Assembly: GCA_030390025.1 (NCBI GenBank)
Contig: CM059432.1
Location: 122,886,001 to 122,950,000, forward strand
From: Squalus acanthias
Lineage: Eukaryota
DNA length: 64,000 nt
Reading direction: 5' to 3'
Shown here piece by piece: positions 24,394 to 35,693 of this stretch. The notes under the pieces are model-generated. The model had not been told where the DNA came from and ran no database searches. It saw nothing but the letters and a program-made list of their open reading frames with translations. Within the stretch, counting starts at the first letter, position 1; the number at the start of each line of letters is the position of its first letter. A program made the position numbers and the translations under genes.

Positions 24394-25022
24394 GTGAGTT
24401 ATCCAGAATCTTATATTCGGTGCTTGTATATTTTCAGATAAGGTTTTCCTTTAGAAGATTGAGTCTTGAAGATCGAGATTCCAGCATCGACATCTGCTTC
24501 TACCTTCTTCACTAAAAACTCTAAAGGAGGGATTTTTGGGGGTGTCAGCGGGTGGGTCGGGTGGGAACATTATTTTTTGACAGCAGGTCAGGAACCCGCT
24601 GCCACGCGACTTTCCCAGATGTTGGGTCTGTCAGGGTTGAACAGACCCGGCACGCAGCGGCTGAGTGCTGAAAAGTCAGGGTTCAGCACATAGTCTTGCA
24701 AATGGGGACTGAGTTTCTGTCATTACAATGTAAAACTTTTTAAAGTCAGGGTATTAGCAGAGGTCCATTGCACAAACACAGCCCCATTTTAAGATGTTTT
24801 ATAGATATTTGTCAGTCATGTAATATACCCCCTTTGTGTATTGTATAAAACTGCTTTCTGAACAAGGCGGCAATTCCTTTTTTTTGCTGTGTTTCCCGCA
24901 TCTGCGTCATCAGTTCAGGTGAAGAAGTAACACCTGTTTGTTACTGCGGCACAGAATTGTTCGCAGTGTCTCTAGAGAAGTGAAAATTAAATAAATGTTT
25001 TCATTGCACTGTTGCATCTGAA

Positions 25023-25783
25023 GGCCCAGAATTTGCAGTCAGGATGCCGGTGAACTGGCAGCGTTTACTGTCATTCTGCCTTTGAAACTGACCGCAACTT
25101 CGGGATTTGGCGCATGTGGAAATCCTGAAATTGCGGTCTGTCATTGACAGCTCCCAAACAGCCTGTGCTGTGCCTCCCACAGAGCCGGCAGTCTGTGTAA
25201 TCTGCCAAATCATTGAAACTGATTAAAACTTTGGCTTTTCTACAGTAAGTACGCTGTTACATTCCCCATTAAAAGTTAGACCCAAAGGGATTAGGTGAAA
25301 CTGAGGTTTTGACAGCATTACTGCTAAACAAATGTTAAGGGCCTGGAAAACTAATTTTAATATTGTGCAGTGTGAAAGTTTGTCCATTTTAGTAAAAATT
25401 TACATTTTTAAGAAACTTTACAAAATTGAAAAAAAAAGTTTGAACATTTGTCTATCTTTATTTCAGGTTTGCCTTTTCCCCATGTGAGAACCCCAACCTT
25501 TCCTTTGCTCTCTCGAACATTTTTAAATAGTTAGAATTTTAAGGGCTTACTCTCTTCCTTGTTCGCAGTCTGTGAGAATTCTGCCTTTTGATTGGCTGCT
25601 TAGACAGCCTGTTGATGTCACAGCAGCTCGCACAAGAGAATCTCCATTAAGTTCCGTTGATTTGAATTGAAGTTCGGAAAACCCGAAGTTCTCTACACAG
25701 GGATTGCGAGATCCTTGTGCGAAGCGTACTTCAGGGCCAGCAGCGAATGCCTTTGCTTCGCTGCTGGCCGCAAATTCCGGGCC
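25023..25783. mobile_element. Non-autonomous DNA transposon, PIF/Harbinger-like
   Basis: Termini GGCCCAGAATTTGC / GCAAATTCCGGGCC; inverted relative at 40538-41576. Confidence 0.7.
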
Positions 25784-26219
25784 AATACTTTTCAATGTTG
25801 TGTCGATACAGAAAATCAATAACTGAAGGGATTACTGCACCTCATTTAGGGGCTGGTGGAAGAGAAAAAAAAACCCCTAACTTTCTCTTATTTTTTCTTT
25901 TTTTTTCTCTACGGCTCATCATGATCAACACATTAAGACATTGATAATGGCTGTGGAGGAGTCTGTGACTCAGAATGTTCCTCCCCCGGTCTGAAACAGA
26001 ACAGTGTAGAAATGGGGAAACTGTGAAGGGCCCATTAACTAGGTGATGTGCTTTTTTTGTAGCGGTTCTACAATCTTTGCGGGGGGGCGGGGGGGGGTGG
26101 GGTTAACCTCCCTCTTAAACAGTGCACAAGGCATTCAATATGCTGTTAACATTAATTGTAGATAAACACATCTGGTTATTTTACATTCCAGTTCCAAGGA
26201 TTTTGTTTTCTGTTTTTAG

Positions 26220-26310
26220 TTAACGATGCAGTGAAATGCCTGAAGTATTCCACCTTCCCCTGGTTGACGCTGACTACGACAGACAGACATGTTCTTTTAT
26301 CAAATGAGAG
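26220..26310 (+). CDS. RTTN: Rotatin exon 5 ([31 protein letters not shown])
   Basis: tttttag acceptor, gtaggt donor; near identical to [22 protein letters not shown]; below ORF-track cutoff, translated by hand. Confidence 0.96.
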
Positions 26311-27613
26311 GTAGGTCTTAGTAAGTTTGAATGATGACATGAGTAACATTGAAAAATAAAACTCTCTTAGTCTAACCTTTTTAAAAAGCTGTGTTTTGGT
26401 GTCCTGGTAAGAAAATGGTCAATGCATGTTTGTGTGTTTTAGTGTGTGAACCATTAAAACGATGCACTTTAACCAATTTACTCTGCCTCTGGCATATTGA
26501 GGGGGATGGACTTTGATACCGAGTGATCATGTGCATCATTCAAGGCTTTCTGTGCCCGTTCACTACAATTAATCCTTTTTAAGCACATTGGTAATCCTGA
26601 ATGGTGTAATTGAAATAATGCATTGTTGTTTTGCATTATCTTCACATTAAAAATAAGAATTCAGAACTACTAGGTTATCCAATCCTGATCCTGACCACCA
26701 TGATCTGCTTTTAACCACTCTGTTGTGGTGAAGTCTGTGGTATTGCTTTCCCTGGCTGACATAAGCTGTTCGTAAATCCCACTGAAACCGAATAACAATT
26801 AAGGAGGCAAGGAATTGGAAAAAGGGAAAATTAAAGAAAAAACAATATATTATGTAGATTATCTGCGCCAATATGGACTTGCCTCAGTGGTAAATGTAGC
26901 AGACTTTATGCAAAGTTTTCAGTGCAGTTATTCCAGCTGTTAGTTACTTAGCCTTGGCCAAAACTTCCCAATATGGTGACAACACTCTTAATATTGTACC
27001 ATAGCTGAGAAGTTGTCCTTGTACTGTATCCAGTTTAATGAAGTGCATTCATTGTCTCTTGTTGTGTAGAGGCTCTGTGATGGACAGAGTTTCCTGACCA
27101 AGAGGATAAAGAGATAAAGAGGCTTCTGTTTGCAGGAATGAGTGTAAATCATTCTGTATCCAAAAAAGATCTGAGTTTGTGTGTGTTTCTTCTCTTCCTC
27201 AGTATAGGGAAGGACCTAAACTTTGTTCTGAGGATTCTTCTCCTCCACACACCCTCACAAACACCTGACTGAGCTCAGGTGCTATTCATGTGGTCAGTTG
27301 TGATGTCCATTGCTTTTATATACAAATTAAAAACCTAAATTCTTCTCATTGTGGGATCAGAGACATGAATTGAAACAGAATGTGTTTACATATTTGGCCT
27401 TCTATAAACCCGAATAGAGATATTCCACCTGCGGATAAACAAGTGTGCTGCTCAGCCAAGTTCTGCCGGTATCTGCAAAAATGGATTTGAGCTTCTACAC
27501 AACACTGCTCCTGCTGTGTATACATTTGTAAAACTATCCGCCCAAACCCAGAATACATGTTATGGGAAAAAGGTGAAAATGTTTTGCCTCTAAAAGTTAA
27601 ATTTTTTGACTAG

Positions 27614-27728
27614 CTCTCTGAAAAGCAGCAATCGCACCTTAGTTCGCAATACCTGTGAGCTTCTGCAAGATGTTATCATGCAGGATTTTCCAGCTGAGAT
27701 CTTCCTTCAGCGCCCAAAGATCGTCCAG
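27614..27728 (+). CDS. RTTN: Rotatin exon 6 ([38 protein letters not shown])
   Basis: gactag acceptor, gtaaga donor; hallmark [12 protein letters not shown] motif. Confidence 0.97.
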
Positions 27729-27889
27729 GTAAGAAACACACTATTTATTGTTGTAGGTTAAATGTTGATCATGTCTGGGACCCATCCTGTGTGTATAAAC
27801 TCTTTCCAATTTCAGAGCTAGGTTATATAATGATAGAGAAACCAAAGCCATATTCTGATCTTATTAAATGAAATGTGATTAATAATCAG

Positions 27890-28275
27890 GCATGTTTGTG
27901 TATTGGTATTGGACTAGCAATCCAGAGCTCATGAGTTCAAATTATACCATGACAAGTTGTGAAATTGAATTCAATAAATTTGGACTGGGACCAGAAAAAA
28001 TTACTGTGAAAGCTGCCGGATTGTCATAAAAACCTATTGGTTCACTGACGTCCTTCAGGGAATGGAACGTGTCATCCCTACCTGGCCTCCATGCAACTCT
28101 AGTTCCACACTACATGGTTGACTCTGATTGTCCTCTGAAGTAGATGAAAACAATTGTTATAAAGCAAGAAGGCAGCCTATTCGCATTACCTTCTCTTTAA
28201 GGAAATTTAGGGGGAAGCAATAAATGTGAGCTTCCTGGCACCACTCACATCCTGAGAACAAATTAAAAAAAAAAA
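27890..28275 (+). mobile_element. Old SINE-like element sharing the 3' tail of the 12330-12910 LINE
   Basis: B-box-like gagttcaaat; tail caataaatgtg..cacatcctgagaacaaattaaaaaa. Confidence 0.6.
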
Positions 28276-28542
28276 TCATGATTAATGTAGCAGAGAAGAT
28301 ACAGTTCGATGGTGATTAGAAATAAGATCTCTATGTTTAAAAAGATGTGCTCTGCCGATAATTACATTTCATAGGGAATGAAAACTGCTACTGCGTTCTC
28401 TGAAATTTAAAGCTAATTATGCTTAGAAGAACCAGATGCTAAATGTCTTTGTCTACAGGATTGTGGTTTAAAATAAATCTTGAAGCACCTCAGAAAAGCT
28501 TGTGGTTAATTCAACAAGCAAAAGCTAAGTATTAAACTGTCT

Positions 28543-28948
28543 CAACAGAAAATGCAGGAAAACTCAGCAGGCCAGGCAGCATCCGTGGAGAGAGAAACAG
28601 AGTTAACGTTTCAGGTCTGGGACCCTTCATCAGAACTGGAAAAGGCTAGAGATGTAACAGATTTTAAGCAGGGGGAGGGCAGGAAGGAACATTCTGTGCT
28701 AGGGTAGGAGGCAGGAGAGATAAAATGTTGCAAATGGGGATGGCAAAATCATACAGCCTGAAAAATGGGGGCAGGATTATAGTCTGCTTAAAATCTGTTA
28801 CATCTCTAGCATTTTCCAGTTCTGATGAAGGGTCCCAGACCTGAAACGTTAACTCTGTTTCTCTCTCCAGGGATGCTGCCTGGCCTGCTGAGTGTTTCCA
28901 GCATTTTCTGTTGTTATTTCAGATTTCCAGCATCCACAGTATTTTGCT
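28543..28948. mobile_element. Palindromic Penelope-pLTR element (about 130-bp inverted arms), hammerhead motif on each strand
   Basis: Arms 28543-28671 and 28784-28913 are near-perfect reverse complements. Confidence 0.88.
28816..28854 (+). ncRNA. Minimal type I hammerhead ribozyme motif
   Basis: agtt-CTGATGA-a(g)ggtc/cca/gacc t-GAAA-CGTT-aact: intact core, stem II, palindromic ACGT stem III, 4-bp stem I. Confidence 0.65.
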
Positions 28949-29499
28949 ATTGTATTAAACTTGGTATGCCAACATAAGGGTACGGTGTCATTTTATATCT
29001 GTGGAGACAAACTGTCAAATTTTGTTCAAAGACAGCATCAAATATGCATTGTTTTTCATGATTATCATGAACTGTTCCCTTTTCTGGTATTTTGCACATT
29101 GCTTGAGCAAGACAGATCTGTAGCAGGGCAAAAGAAGAGGGAGACATATGATGGTTAGCAATATAAATATATCATGAATCTAAATTGTATTTACCAAAAC
29201 CCATCAGTAGCTCTTCGATTTTAAAAAAAATTTGGAATAGATTTGTTGTAATGTACATTTGAGTTAGATAACATGACTAAGTTAAGCTTCAGTGTGGAAT
29301 TTAGGACAGAATTCAGGAAGAGCTGGGATAGCTAAGAAGCCTGGCCAGACATCAATAATTTCAGGTGCTCTTTAACTTTGAGGTTGGATCATACTTGGAA
29401 ACTGGCTAGTTGTCAGTCTTATTTGACTAACCTGAATGAAATGCATTAGTAATGATGCTTCACGCACTGGCTCGGTTGCAATCTCCTACCTATTGGCAT

Positions 29500-29680
29500 G
29501 TTGATTACTCATGAGTAAGCCTTTCCTTGCCTAACCCAAGGCACTAAAGCCAATGTAGCACCTCTACTGCCACCCTGGCTGTAATTGACTAAGTCAGCAC
29601 AGGCGGGGAATCGAACCTGGGACCATCCTGGTCTGCTTGGCTCAGCTACTTGCCAAATAAATTTGCTGATCCATTGGGGG
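29500..29680 (-). mobile_element. Unclassified tRNA-derived SINE fragment
   Basis: Minus strand ggtcccaggttcgattcccc B box; no full cloverleaf. Confidence 0.5.
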
Positions 29681-29728
29681 AGTTCCTTGCATTTCAATTA
29701 ACCATAATCACTAGAATTTTAATTCTTG

Positions 29729-29885
29729 TGTGTCATCTGTCGCTCAGTGGGTAGCACCCTTGCCTCTGAGTCAGAAGGTTGTGCTTTCAAGTCCCACTCC
29801 AGAGACTTAAAGACAAAAATCTAGGCTGATACTCCAGTATAGTACTAAGGGGATGCTGCACTGTCGGAGGTGCCGTCTTTTGGAT
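29729..29885 (+). mobile_element. Deu-domain SINE, 5' part
   Basis: gctcagtgggtagcac A box, tttcaagtccc B box; continues at 31595. Confidence 0.85.
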
Positions 29886-31590
29886 AGGAACATAGGAACA
29901 GGAGTAGGGCATTCAGCCTCTCAAGCCTGCTCCACCATTCGATGAGATCATGGCTGATCTGCGACCTAACTCCATACCCGCCTTTGCCCCATATCCCTTA
30001 ATACCTTTGGTTAACAAAAAGCTATCAATCTCGGATTTAAAATTAACAATTGATCTAGCATCAATTGCCGTTTGCAGAAGAGAGTTCCAAACTTCTACCA
30101 CCCTTTGTGTGTAGAAATGTTTCCTAATTTCACTCCTGAAAGGTCTGGCTCTAATTTTTAGACTATGCCCTCTATTCCTAGAATCCCTAACCAGCAGAAA
30201 TAGTTTCTCTCTTACAACCCTATTTTTTCACCTTAATATCTTGAAAACTTAGATCAGATCACCCGTTAACCTTCTAAATTCTAGGGAATACAACCCTAAT
30301 TTGTGTAATCTCTCCTCACAACTTAACCCTTGAAGTCCAGGTATCATTCTGGTAAACCTACGCTGCACTCCCTCCAAGGCCAATATATCCTTCCTAAGAT
30401 GTGGTGCCCAGAACTGCTCACAGTACTCCAGGTGTGGTCTAACCAGGGTTTTGTATAGCTGCAGCATAACTTCTACCCCCTTGTATTCTAGTCCTCTAGC
30501 AATAAAGGCCAGCATTCCATTAGCCTTTTTGATTATTTTCTGTACCTATTCATGACATATTTTAAAGATCTATGTACAGGAAACTCTTTATTAACCGGCG
30601 TGGTGCCGGTTAATCAAAAAGTCTGGATAACGGAGAGTTATATCTTCCAACGTACGAGAGCCCCGTACACATTGACATGCGCCTGCATTCGGAGCTCCGT
30701 CTCCCTGGGGACCGCCAGCTGACCATCTGTCGTGTCTGCTGCCTACCCGGGCTGCACATTCCCCTCCCAATCTACACGCTCCAATACAAGGCAAACGCCT
30801 CGGGGTTTTTTTAAAAGTTAATTTTAAACAAGAGATGAAGGAAAACCCCGGTTACCTACTCAAGAATTTTGCCGGTTAAGAGAGATTTCCGGATATTTGG
30901 GTGCCGGTTAATAAAGAGTTTCCTGCACCTGGACCCCCAAGTCTCTTTGGACATCCACTGTTTTTAGCTTTTTACCATTTAGAAAGTACCCTGTTCTATC
31001 CTTTTTAGGTCCAAAATGGGTGACCTCACATTTGCTTACATTGAAATCCGTTTGCCACAGTTTTGCCCATTCACTTAATCTATCAATATCCCTTTGTAAT
31101 TTTATGCTTTAATCTACACTGTCTACAATGCCGCCTATCTTTGTGTCATCGGCAAATTTGGATATATGACTTTCTACGCCATCATCTAAGTTAATAAATA
31201 TTGTGAATAGTTGAGGCCCCAACACAAATCCCTGTGGGACACCACTAGTCACATCCTGCCAATTTGAGTACCAACCCATTGTCCCTACTCTCTGCTGCCG
31301 CACAGCCAATTTCCTAACCAGGTCAATAATTTGCCCTCAATTCCGTGGGCTTCTACCTTAGATAACAGTCTCTTATGTGGGACTTTACAAGTGCCTGCTG
31401 GAAGTCCATATAAATAACATTCATAGACATTCCCCTGTCCACTACTTTTGTCACCTCTTCAAAAAATTCAATCAGGTTTGTCAGGCATGATCTACCTTTC
31501 ACAAATCCATGCTGGCTCTCTCTGATCAACTGAGAATTTTCGGGGTGTTCAGTCACCTATCCTTAATTCTAGACGCTAGCAATTTCATTA
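29886..31590 (-). mobile_element. CR1 LINE fragment nested in SINE
   Basis: [43 protein letters not shown]. Confidence 0.94.
30577..30925. mobile_element. Tc1/mariner-type MITE, second copy, nested in CR1
   Basis: Same TIRs and body as 18748-19093; TA on left, CA on right. Confidence 0.88.
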
Positions 31591-31594
31591 ATAT

Positions 31595-31896
31595 TTCGAT
31601 GAGACGTTAAACCGAGGCCCTGTCTGCTCTCTCAGGTCGGCGTAAAAGATCCCATGGCACTATTTCGAAGAAGAGCAGGGGAGTTATCCCCGGTGTCCTG
31701 GCCAATATTTATCCCTCAATCAACATCACTAAAAACAAATTATCTGGTCATTATCACATTGCTGTTTTTGGGAACTTGACTGCCGCGTTTCCTACGTTAC
31801 AACAGTGACTACACTTCAAAAGTACTTCATTGGCTGTAAAATGATTTTGGGACGTCCGATGGTCATAAAAGGCGCTATATAAATGCAAGTCTTTCT
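31595..31896 (+). mobile_element. Deu-domain SINE, 3' part, ending at the exon 7 polypyrimidine tract
   Basis: gatgagacgttaaaccgaggccc...aaggcgctatataaatgcaagtctttct. Confidence 0.9.
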
Positions 31897-31912
31897 ATTC
31901 TTTCCCTTTCAG

Positions 31913-32063
31913 AACCTTCTCTTGTTGACAAAGTTAGCGTTTGGGAGAGATGGAACACAATATTTAGCGATGCAAGCTGTAGGTTGCCTGACCCAACTGT
32001 GTAGCTATTTACAAAGTAGACTGAACTTCCACAGAGATCCCAGCTTCTTTTCTGCAAAACAAG
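31913..32063 (+). CDS. RTTN: Rotatin exon 7 ([14 protein letters not shown]...[15 protein letters not shown])
   Basis: ctttcag acceptor, gtaagt donor; RLNFHRDP motif. Confidence 0.96.
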
Positions 32064-32081
32064 GTAAGTTGAACTAATTAT

Positions 32082-32700
32082 TGGCCCTAATATTTACGGG
32101 GAGGCAGGGAGGGAGTGGGACGGAGGTGTCGCGGCCGGGAAACCCGGAAATACGAGTTGTCTGGAGATCTGGCCAAATTTAACGGTAGGACCTAATTTAA
32201 ATTTTTGGACTCAGTTTCCTGGCCGCACACAGCCATATTGAGTGTCTGACTGACGGGTGGGAAGGCCTGCGGCACCAGGCGAGTGGAGTGGGGGGGGGGG
32301 GGTGCGATAGTGGTGGTCCGATCACGATGGTGGGGGGCCATCATGGGGGTCTGATCGTTGGGAGGTTAGCAGGTTAGCTTGGGGGTGCCGGGGGAAGCAC
32401 TCCTGCTGCTCCTGGCCCACAAGCAGTGCTGGAAAAGCACATAACTGTTGGATCCCGCTGTTCTTGCCTCCTTCAGCTGCCAAGTATACTGAGGCCGGGG
32501 AAATCTGGCCCGCAGGTGTTAAATCTGAAATAGAGCTAAAATCTGAGGCATGCAGCCTCATTAAAATATTTAAATTAGGGTCCTGCCTCCAGAGAGCAGA
32601 TTAGTCACCTGCCCCTCCAACTCACCTTTTGTTAAAACCGGAAGTGAGCGCGTGGAGGTGGGTTGGGATCGGGCTTCCCATTTCTGACATTTTTAACCAA
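32082..32700. mobile_element. Probable degraded non-autonomous DNA transposon
   Basis: Starts ggccctaatattt like the other GGCC-ended elements; GC-rich body; right TIR not found. Confidence 0.4.
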
Positions 32701-33857
32701 TTCATTCTTCAGTTGTCTTTTGTTTCTAACTTGCTCTTAAACTTGAATTAATTGCCTTTTCTAATGGTATATGTTTATTCTGCAACTTTGGAAACTCCTT
32801 TTTCTATTGCTGATCTACAGTCCTGTGTGCCCATTTCTCTTTCCATCTTACCTGGGACAGACGCGATGGACCAGCTGCTCTTTATTTGTCCATCTTTTTT
32901 GTATGTTCACCTCCGCTACCTCATCCTCATGGTTCTAAAATTTACCCTATTCTAATCTGTGTCCTTGTTTTTGTACTAACTTTTTTTCTTTTCAATTTGA
33001 AACTAAATATAATCATATTATGGTCACTTCTCGAGGCTCTCGCCCACATTTAATTCACCTACCTGACCTGATTCATTGCTCATAACTAGATCTAGCAACG
33101 CCTGTCTCCTTGTAGGCATACAGATGTATTATTGAGAAAGGAGTCCTGCACACAGTTTAGGAATTCTATTCCCTGTCTCCATATAGTCCCTCCCTGTCCC
33201 AACCAATGACTGGGTAATTAAAATCTCCTAGAACAATAATCTTATTATTCCCACTTATCTTTTATTTTTCTCTCACTGTTAAGAGGTCTATAGTTCAACC
33301 CCACTAATAAAACAACCTACATTTAACTTTGATCTCTAACTATATTAAATCTGACTGATTACTGTAACATTGGGACCTCAAAAGATCTAGAGCGTACTTG
33401 AGGGACACTCGAATTTGCCTGATCTCACTGGATGATTTTGCCAATTCTTGGAAAAAGAATTCTTGGACTTGCAGCTAGATGATGGAGCATGGCTTGGGCA
33501 AGGGAGATGGTAGAGAGACTTGGGTCTTGAAGGGGACCATCCAGGTCTACAGGTAGTGCAAGCAAGCACAAAGCTAATCCCGTATCGGAAGGAAGAGTTA
33601 GGAGTAATGACTTGTTAAGCTGGGGGTCTGCACGGTTGCAAATAGACTCGGAGGGAGAATAGAGAAAGTACTTGCCTTTTACAAATACATGCTGGTTGTT
33701 GTTAATTAACCCATGGTGTAAACAACTTAAAAAAAAAAACAAGTACTTGCATTTATACTAGTGAAAACATGTAACCCCTACACAAAATTAACATTTAATG
33801 CATTAGAAATTGATTTTTTTAAATCATTGTTTGTCTCTCTTTTGTTTGACCCTTTAG

Positions 33858-34023
33858 ATTTAGTTTCCCAGAACTCTTCCCTGGCTTATTCCCAGGAAAC
33901 ACGGGGGACACATATTTCCCAAAATCCATCTCCCAGAAGTACCAGTCCTAGACCATCTGTGATTGGGCGAACTGTTCAGCGTCCCAGAGGGGATGGCCAA
34001 GATGGTGATGCGGTATCTTCAAG
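33858..34023 (+). CDS. RTTN: Rotatin exon 8 ([11 protein letters not shown]...[26 protein letters not shown])
   Basis: cctttag acceptor, gtaaat donor; matches [20 protein letters not shown]. Confidence 0.96.
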
Positions 34024-34301
34024 GTAAATGAAATGTTGCTTGGGGATCATTCTACCTATGACCTCTTCTGTATCCTGGAAATTTGCTCCTTTTCAGTAGA
34101 CAACAAAGTTAACTCAATGCTGGTATATTCTGTTAATGTTCAATGTTTATTTGTGCACTTGCACATTTTTTAGGAGTTACGTTGATTTAGAGTGTACTGC
34201 ACTTTAATTCGCTTGATCACTAAATTCCATTTTACAATTACTTACAAAACAACATTCTGAAAAATTCAAACTTATCTTTAACTGGACTTGTTTAAAGAAG
34301 T

Positions 34302-34480
34302 AAAAACAGAAAATACTGGACCTGGGAAGAGAAAATCTAGGTTATCATTTCAGGTATAGATTCTTCCATCACTTCTTATGAGGGGTCTACACCTGAAAAA
34401 ATCTCTTCTCTTGATGGGTGTGGCATGATATGCTGTGTATTTCCAATATGTTCTGTTTTTTCATGTTTCCAGCACTCTGT
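34302..34480. mobile_element. Degenerate palindromic Penelope-pLTR element
   Basis: aaaaacagaaaatactgga...tccaatatgttctgttttt outer arms; tttcaggtataga / tctacacctgaaa inner arms. Confidence 0.6.
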
Positions 34481-35009
34481 TTTCTTTCTTTTATCTTCCC
34501 TGTTTGGAGGAGAGGTGTCTAAGATTGATCTTCACCCCTTGCTAAGTTTGCAATGTTTGCTTTTGTTAATGAGCCGTGTTCTCCACTGAGGTAAATCCTA
34601 TCCTTTTTTTCTTTTTGAACATTAAAGATCAGCATTTTCTAGTATTTAAACAATGCGGCAATTTTTTATCAATGTAATTTCCTGCAATGACGGAAAGAAA
34701 GTGATGGAAAGGGTGTCCAAATTGCTTGAAGGGAAAAGGGAATTCATTACAGAAAGTTTCACAGTCTTGAATCAACCTCCATTGATTTATGAGCTTGTAG
34801 GAATGAAAACGTTTTTAGTGTTTGAGTGAACATTAGAAAAGTAAGAAGGTCGTTCAGCCCATCCAGTTTGTTCTGCAATCCAGGTCCAAGTGACAGCTTG
34901 GCTCAGTTGGTAGATGGCTGTAGATTCAAGTTCTACACCAAGACTTGAGCCCTAAAACAAGGCTGACACAGCATTGCAATACTGAGAGAGTGGATTGATC
35001 TATAAATTG

Positions 35010-35480
35010 TCAGGTGAATATTTAGCTCCAGTTTAAAAACAAAGGAAAATGAGATACTAAATTAGATATTAACAGCGAGATTGAGTATAAATCTTTTGAG
35101 GCTTACTGGTGCTGAATAATCCCATCTGAAATACTTTGTCCAGTTTTGGTCACCTGATCATAAGAGGTATACTCTTGGCCTTGAAAAGAAACAGTGAGCG
35201 CATCATACCTGATTCGGGATATCGGGAATTTAAGTTATGTGGAAAGGTTAAGAAAGATGGACATGTTTTCTTTTGAAAAAGAGGAGACTTTGTGGTGATC
35301 TACTTGAAGTTTTCAAGATTATAAAGCAAATCAATGAAATTGATCCAGGCAAATTCTCCACTCTGGGTTTAAATGCCAGGGTATACTCATTTAAAAATCA
35401 GAAAGTTAGGAGTAAGTAGGGAAGATCAGGTAGAACTTTTATTTTACCCAAAAGTGTGCAGCATTGTTGGAGATTATTCA
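35010..35480 (+). mobile_element. Highly degraded CR1 3' fragment
   Basis: Residual gtccagttttggtcacct, ggtgatctacttgaagttttcaagatt. Confidence 0.6.
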
Positions 35481-35693
35481 TTATCCATGTAAGTAAAGAA
35501 GCGGGTTAGACAAATCGAAATCCAAACCAAATTATACCATTGTATATTATTCTTCCTCCTGCCCCAGCATTCTGTTGGTAGCTGCCAGTCAGTGTTTATC
35601 AGAACATCCCCTCCTTGGGAATCGGGTGATGCAGTGGTCTTTCAGTTCTGAGATCTGGCCTAGACTGAGGGATGAATGTCTCCTGGACATTTC

